Assembly (NCBI GenBank): GCA_964642225.1
Contig: CAZXNX010000002.1
Coordinates: forward strand, 1 to 29,665
Origin: an uncultured Solirubrobacteraceae bacterium
Lineage (GTDB): Bacteria > Actinomycetota > Thermoleophilia > Solirubrobacterales > Solirubrobacteraceae
Direction of reading: 5' to 3'
Length of the DNA stretch: 29,665 nt
Position numbers and translations under genes: made by a program. Position 1 is the stretch's first letter. Each line of letters begins with the position of its first letter. The notes beneath the pieces are model-generated. The model was not told the origin of the DNA, did no database searches, and was given only the letters and a program-made list of their open reading frames with translations. Of this stretch, positions 24,844 to 29,665 are shown in pieces.

Positions 24844-25887
24844 TCAGAAGCCGGCCCAGGTCGCGTACGAGCCGTTCTTGACGACGACCGTGGCCTTGCC
24901 GCCGGTGAACGGGATCGTCACGACGTTGTGCTTGTCGCCCGGGTCGTAGCCGCCGGTCGCCGCCAGCACCCGTGAGCCGTCGCGGCTGATGCCGAAGCCC
25001 AGCACGCCGTCCTCCTTGCCGGTGAGGTCGCGGGCCTTGCCGGTCGTCAGGTCGACGGTCCACGCCTCGCTGTAGTCCTGGCCGCCGAACTCCGCCAGCA
25101 GGCGCGTGCCGTCCGCCGACCACGCCGTGGCGTAGAGGCCGGCGAGCAGGAAGGGGATCTTCACCTTGGTGAGGACCTTGCGCCCGGTGCCGTCGCCGTT
25201 GATCGCCTGGAGGTTGGCCTTGGGGTAGTCCTCCTTCTTGGCGGGCTTGGCCAGGTGCGAGAAGGCGATCTGGCTCGGGCCCCAGACGGGCGCGACGCTC
25301 TTGCCGTCCTTGGTGATGTTGACCGGTTTGCCGCCGGCGACGGGCGCCACCCAGACGTCGCGGGCGCTGGTCGGGCTGTCCTTGGCGGAGCGGCCGTAGG
25401 CGATCTTCGTGCCGTCCGGGGAGAAGCTCGCGCCGTTGAAGTAGCCGGTGGCCACCACGCGGCGGCTGAGGTCGGGGATGTTGATGATCACGAGGCTCTG
25501 CTTGCCGATCTCCGGGCCGACCACCGCGGCGATCTGCAGGCTGTCCGGCGACCAGGCGATGTCGGCACCGCCGACGGCGTCCTTGGCCAGGGTGCGCGTG
25601 GTACTCGTGCCGGAGCCCGCCTTGGTCAGCATGATCTTGTACGAGGAGCGCGTCGACACCTCGTAGACGATGAGCCCGGCGTTGGGCGAGACCACCGGGG
25701 CGAAGGCGTCGTTGGACTGCTTCTGTGGCGTGCCACCGTCCGTGATCGACCACACCTGGGACGGCTTGGTCGAGAAGTACTTGGAGTAGGCGATCGTCTG
25801 GAACGGACCGGCGTCGGCGGCGCCGGCGGCCGCCGGGGCGGCCAGGGCAAACGCCGCGGTGAGCAGGACGACGAGGCGAGTGCGCAT
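24844..25887 (-). CDS. Secreted TolB-like/PD40 beta-propeller protein
   Basis: Signal peptide; repeats VVSPNA, AWSPDS, SFSPDGTKIAY, PVWGP, AWSADGTRL, ISRDGSRV; TACGCT -10 6 nt upstream. Confidence 0.85.
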   Translation of the reverse strand: MRTRLVVLLTAAFALAAPAAAGAADAGPFQTIAYSKYFSTKPSQVWSITDGGTPQKQSNDAFAPVVSPNAGLIVYEVSTRSSYKIMLTKAGSGTSTTRTLAKDAVGGADIAWSPDSLQIAAVVGPEIGKQSLVIINIPDLSRRVVATGYFNGASFSPDGTKIAYGRSAKDSPTSARDVWVAPVAGGKPVNITKDGKSVAPVWGPSQIAFSHLAKPAKKEDYPKANLQAINGDGTGRKVLTKVKIPFLLAGLYATAWSADGTRLLAEFGGQDYSEAWTVDLTTGKARDLTGKEDGVLGFGISRDGSRVLAATGGYDPGDKHNVVTIPFTGGKATVVVKNGSYATWAGF

Positions 25888-26036
25888 GAGCCGAGCGTAC
25901 TCCGGTCGCGGACGTCGGGTGACAGTCGATGCGCCAGCCGGAGGGACAGATATGTCGAATCCCCATCCGTATTGATACCTTTAGGAGTCCGTGCGCTGCC
26001 CGCGCGGCATGTCCATCGAAGGGAAGCCCAGGAATC

Positions 26037-27848
26037 ATGGAAGCCAGCACCGCCCAAGGCCGGATCGGAACCCTCTCCAACCCGGAGGTCTACGAGAACG
26101 TCCCGGGGCACGTGATTCCCATCATCGCCCAGGAGTTCGAGGACTTCGACAACGAGGCGGCGCGCTTCCTCGACGGGCAGATCGACGAGCCCACCTTCAT
26201 CGGCTTCCGCCTCAAGCAGGGCTGTTACGGCCAGCGCCAGCCCAACGTGCAGATGATCCGCGTGAAGCTCCCGTGGGGCGGCGTCACGCCCGAGCACTGG
26301 GAGGGCTTCGCCGAGGTGGTCGAGAAGTACGCGCCCCTCAACAAGGGCCACATCACCACCCGCCAGAACATCCAGATCCACCACATGCCGCTGCCGGTCA
26401 TCGCCGACGCCATGCGGATCCTGGCCGAGTCGGGCCTCTCCTCCCGCGAGGGCTGCGGCAACACCGTGCGCAATGTGACCGGCGACCCGTGGGCCGGCGT
26501 CTGCGAGGACGAGCTCTTCGACCCGACCGCCTACGTGGGCGCGTACGTGCGCTACTTCGTGCGCCACCCCACCACGCAGCTCATGCCGCGCAAGATCAAG
26601 ACGGCCTTCACCGCGACCGACGAGGACCGGGCCATCACCGGCATCCACGACATCGCCTTCATCCCGCGGATCAAGGACGGCGTGCGCGGCTTCGAGATGC
26701 GCGTCGGCGGCGGCACGTCGATCATGCCCCGCGTCGCCCCCACGCTCTACGACTTCGTCGAGGCCGACAACGGCGAGTTCCTCGAGGCGGCCGAGGCCTG
26801 CTTCCGCATCTTCGACGCCCAGGACTGGCTGCGCGTCAACCGCGCCCGCGCCCGCATCAAGGTGCTCGTCGACAAGATCGGCATCGAGGAGATGCGCCGC
26901 CTCGTCGACGAGGAGCGCAAGGGCGACTGGGCCCGAGAGCGCGACTTCTCCGTCGAGCCCCGCCTGTTCCAGGACGACGAGGAGGCCCGCGCCCCCGGCG
27001 TGCCCGCCACCTTCGGCTCGCCCAACGGCGACGTCGCCGCCTACGAGAAGTGGGCCGCCTCGAGCGTGCGCCCGCAGCGCCAGGAGGGCTTCTCCACCGT
27101 CGAGATCAAGGTCACCCGCGGCGACCTGACGCCCGAGCAGATGCGCGGCCTGGCCCAGATCATGCGCGAGTTCAGCGGCGGCAACGCCCGCACCACCGTC
27201 CAGCAGAACCTGCTGCTGCGCTGGGTGCGCGACGAGTCGACCTACGACGTCTACGCCCGCCTGCTCGACCTCGGCCTGGGCGACCCCGGCGTCGGCGAGA
27301 TCGCCGACGTGGTGAGCTGCCCCGGCACCGACAGCTGCAAGATGGGCATCACCAGCTCGATGGGCCTCAACCGCGCCGTGCAGGAGCGGATCGAGGGCAT
27401 GGCGATCGAAGATGAGCTGACCAAGCGCATCCACATCAAGATGAGCGGCTGCCCCAACGGCTGCAGCCAGCACCACATCGGCAACATCGGGTTCTACGGC
27501 GCCTCGATCAAGGTCGGCGAGCACACCCTGCCCGCCTACGTCGCCCACATCGGCGGCAACTACGAGGGCGGCACCGTGCGCTACGGCACGCGCCTGAAGG
27601 TGCGCATCCCGGCCAAGAAGGTGCCGGACGTCGTCGAGCAGTGGATCCGCTTCTACGAGTCCGGCCGGCAGGAGGGCGAGGTCTTCAACGACTTCGCCGA
27701 CCGCGTCGGGGCCAAGGAGTTCGAGGCGGTCGCGCGCGAGATCGCCGGCCCCGTCGAGTTCGGCCTGGACACCATGAACGAGTTCATCGACTGGACGAAG
27801 AAGGTGCCGTTCGTGGTCGAGCGCGGTGAGGGCGAGTGCGCGATCTAG
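26037..27848 (+). CDS. Ferredoxin-dependent sulfite reductase (siroheme/4Fe-4S; CysI/SirA type)
   Basis: HITTRQNIQ, GNTVRN, PRKIK, SCPGTDSC, SGCPNGC. First gene of cysH-cysD-cysN operon, so sulfite rather than nitrite. Start ATG 26037 with SD AGGA. Confidence 0.9.
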   Translation: MEASTAQGRIGTLSNPEVYENVPGHVIPIIAQEFEDFDNEAARFLDGQIDEPTFIGFRLKQGCYGQRQPNVQMIRVKLPWGGVTPEHWEGFAEVVEKYAPLNKGHITTRQNIQIHHMPLPVIADAMRILAESGLSSREGCGNTVRNVTGDPWAGVCEDELFDPTAYVGAYVRYFVRHPTTQLMPRKIKTAFTATDEDRAITGIHDIAFIPRIKDGVRGFEMRVGGGTSIMPRVAPTLYDFVEADNGEFLEAAEACFRIFDAQDWLRVNRARARIKVLVDKIGIEEMRRLVDEERKGDWARERDFSVEPRLFQDDEEARAPGVPATFGSPNGDVAAYEKWAASSVRPQRQEGFSTVEIKVTRGDLTPEQMRGLAQIMREFSGGNARTTVQQNLLLRWVRDESTYDVYARLLDLGLGDPGVGEIADVVSCPGTDSCKMGITSSMGLNRAVQERIEGMAIEDELTKRIHIKMSGCPNGCSQHHIGNIGFYGASIKVGEHTLPAYVAHIGGNYEGGTVRYGTRLKVRIPAKKVPDVVEQWIRFYESGRQEGEVFNDFADRVGAKEFEAVAREIAGPVEFGLDTMNEFIDWTKKVPFVVERGEGECAI

Positions 27849-28522
27849 CGTCCGCCTCCGCCGGGGCGCCCGCCGAGGGCGCGCCCGCCGCACCCGACCT
27901 GGAGGCGCTCGACGCCGCCGGGGTGCTGGCGCACGCCGTCGAGCACCATCAGCCCCGGCTGACGCTCCTGTGCTCCTTCCAGAAGGAGGAGTCGGTGCTG
28001 GTCGACGAGCTGATCCGGCTCGTGGGCGACCCCAAGGCGCTCGACGTCGTGACCATCGACACCGGCGTGCTGTTCCCCGAAACCCTCTCCACCTGGCGGG
28101 CCTTCGAGGAGCGGTTCGGCGTGCACGTGCGCGTCGAGGACGCCACCAGCCCGGACGGCATCCCCTGGACGGTCGACCGCTGCTGCGGCGACCTGAAGGT
28201 GGCCGCCCTGGAGCGGTCGCTGTCGGACACCGACGCCTGGATCACCGGCATCCGCCGCGAGCAGGCCGCCACGCGGGCCAACGCCCGCAAGATCGAATGG
28301 GACGTCGCCCGCGGGATCTGGAAGTACAACCCGCTGGCCGACTGGACCGAGAAGGACCTTTGGGCGCGGATCGCCGAGCGCGACCTGCCGTACCACCCGT
28401 TGCACGACCAGGGCTATTCCTCGATCGGCTGCGCGCCGTGCACGCAGCCGGGCTCGGGCCGCGAGGGCCGTTGGGCCTCGTCCGAGAAGACCGAGTGCGG
28501 ACTGCACGTCATCCCGAGCTAG
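27836..28522 (+). CDS. cysH: APS/PAPS reductase (Fe-S APS-reductase type)
   Basis: IDTGVLFPET, RCCGDLK, WITGIRREQ, KYNPLADW, SIGCAPCT, ECGLH; GTG start overlaps the upstream stop by 13 nt. Confidence 0.92.
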   Translation: MRDLASASAGAPAEGAPAAPDLEALDAAGVLAHAVEHHQPRLTLLCSFQKEESVLVDELIRLVGDPKALDVVTIDTGVLFPETLSTWRAFEERFGVHVRVEDATSPDGIPWTVDRCCGDLKVAALERSLSDTDAWITGIRREQAATRANARKIEWDVARGIWKYNPLADWTEKDLWARIAERDLPYHPLHDQGYSSIGCAPCTQPGSGREGRWASSEKTECGLHVIPS

Positions 28523-28532
28523 GCGAGAACTC

Positions 28533-29435
28533 ATGACACCCCTTTCCCACCTGGACCTCCTCGAGGCCGAAGCCATCCACATCATGCGTGAGGTGGCCGC
28601 CGAGTTCGAGCGCCCCGTGCTGCTGTTCAGCGGCGGCAAGGACTCCATCGTGCTGGCGCGCCTGGCCGAGAAGGCCTTCCGCCCCGGCCGCATGCCCTTC
28701 CCGCTCATGCACGTGGACACCGACCACAACTTCCAGGAGGTCATCGACTTCCGCGACCGCATGGTGGAGCGCCTGGGCGAGAAGCTCATCGTGGCCAAGG
28801 TGCAGGACTCGATCGACGCCGGCCGCGTGGTGGAGGAGACGGGCCCGCGCGCCTCGCGCAACCGCCTGCAGACCACCACGCTGCTCGACGCGCTCGAGGA
28901 GTACAAGTTCGACGCCGCCTTCGGGGGCGCGCGCCGCGACGAGGAGCGCGCCCGGGCCAAGGAGCGCATCTTCAGCTTCCGCGACGACTTCGGCCAGTGG
29001 GACCCGCGCGCGCAGCGCCCCGAGATCTGGTCGCTCTACAACGGCCGCATCCGCCAGGGCGAGCACGTGCGGATCTTCCCGCTCTCCAACTGGACCGAGC
29101 TGGACGTGTGGCGCTACATCCAGCGCGAGGAGCTGGAGATCCCCTCCATCTACTTCGCCCACGAGCGCGAAGTGTTCGCCCGCGACGGGATGCTCTACGC
29201 CGACGCGCCGTTCCTGGAGCGCTTCCCCAGCGAGGACCTGTTCGTGGAGTCGGTGCGCTACCGCACCGTCGGCGACCTCACCTGCACCGGCGCCGTCCCC
29301 TCGAAGGCCACCACGCTGGAGTCCGTCATCGACGAGATCGCGGCGACCCGCGTGACCGAGCGGGGCCAGACGCGCGCGGACGACCGCACGAGCGAGGCGG
29401 CCATGGAAGACCGCAAGCGCGTCGGGTACTTCTAG
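28533..29435 (+). CDS. cysD: Sulfate adenylyltransferase subunit 2
   Basis: [56 protein letters not shown]. Confidence 0.97.
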   Translation: MTPLSHLDLLEAEAIHIMREVAAEFERPVLLFSGGKDSIVLARLAEKAFRPGRMPFPLMHVDTDHNFQEVIDFRDRMVERLGEKLIVAKVQDSIDAGRVVEETGPRASRNRLQTTTLLDALEEYKFDAAFGGARRDEERARAKERIFSFRDDFGQWDPRAQRPEIWSLYNGRIRQGEHVRIFPLSNWTELDVWRYIQREELEIPSIYFAHEREVFARDGMLYADAPFLERFPSEDLFVESVRYRTVGDLTCTGAVPSKATTLESVIDEIAATRVTERGQTRADDRTSEAAMEDRKRVGYF

Positions 29436-29665
29436 TGTCCCTGGGCGTCTCCAGCGATCAGCAGACCCACGCGCTGCTGCGGCTCGCCACGTGCGGGTCC
29501 GTCGACGACGGCAAGTCCACGCTGCTGGGCCGGCTGCTGTTCGACAGCAAGGCGATCCACGAGGACCAGCTCGAGGGGATGCTGGCCGCCAACGAGCTCC
29601 TCGGCGGCGAGGGCATCGACCTGGCGCTGCTCACCGACGGCCTGCGCGCCGAGCGCGAGCAGGGC
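29435..29665 (+). CDS. cysN: Sulfate adenylyltransferase subunit 1 (GTPase), 5' part only
   Basis: GTG overlaps the cysD stop (TAGTG); [25 protein letters not shown]...[15 protein letters not shown]. Confidence 0.95.
   Translation, partial: MSLGVSSDQQTHALLRLATCGSVDDGKSTLLGRLLFDSKAIHEDQLEGMLAANELLGGEGIDLALLTDGLRAEREQG

Noticed and set aside
25888-26036. SAM-IV/SAM-I riboswitch before the sulfur operon
   Set aside because: No conserved aptamer motifs and the leader is too short.

Overview
High-GC actinobacterial chromosomal window. The gene style (many secreted Ig-repeat proteins, leaderless starts) suggests Thermoleophilia/Solirubrobacterales, which is inference. No mobile element, CRISPR, rRNA or tRNA was seen. 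In order: a truncated secreted Ig-like protein (-), polyprenyl-phosphate sugar transferase and UDP-glucuronate decarboxylase (-), ferritin (+), MoaD-MoaE fusion (-), a 1320-aa Ig/LamG surface protein with a histone-like (AAAKKK)7 tail (-), a 53-aa small protein and an atypical-codon methyltransferase (+), split methylmalonyl-CoA mutase large subunit (+), two DUF2269-like membrane paralogs (+) flanking a 1320-aa Glu-His-Ser subtilase with FG-GAP repeats (-), an acidic SRPBCC-like protein (+), a small lipoprotein (-), propionyl-CoA carboxylase beta (+), phoD-glpQ behind a PHO-box-like promoter (+), an ornithine cyclodeaminase-family gene (-) head-to-head with a carboxylase epsilon subunit (+), a TolB-like propeller protein (-), and the start of a sulfate assimilation operon (sulfite reductase-cysH-cysD-cysN, +). 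The most notable signals are the non-canonical, propeptide-less subtilase bracketed by paralogous membrane proteins, a helically phased GCTAG operator array upstream of pccB, a 28-bp bidirectional promoter, pervasive leaderless transcription and two small genes hidden inside longer ORF calls.
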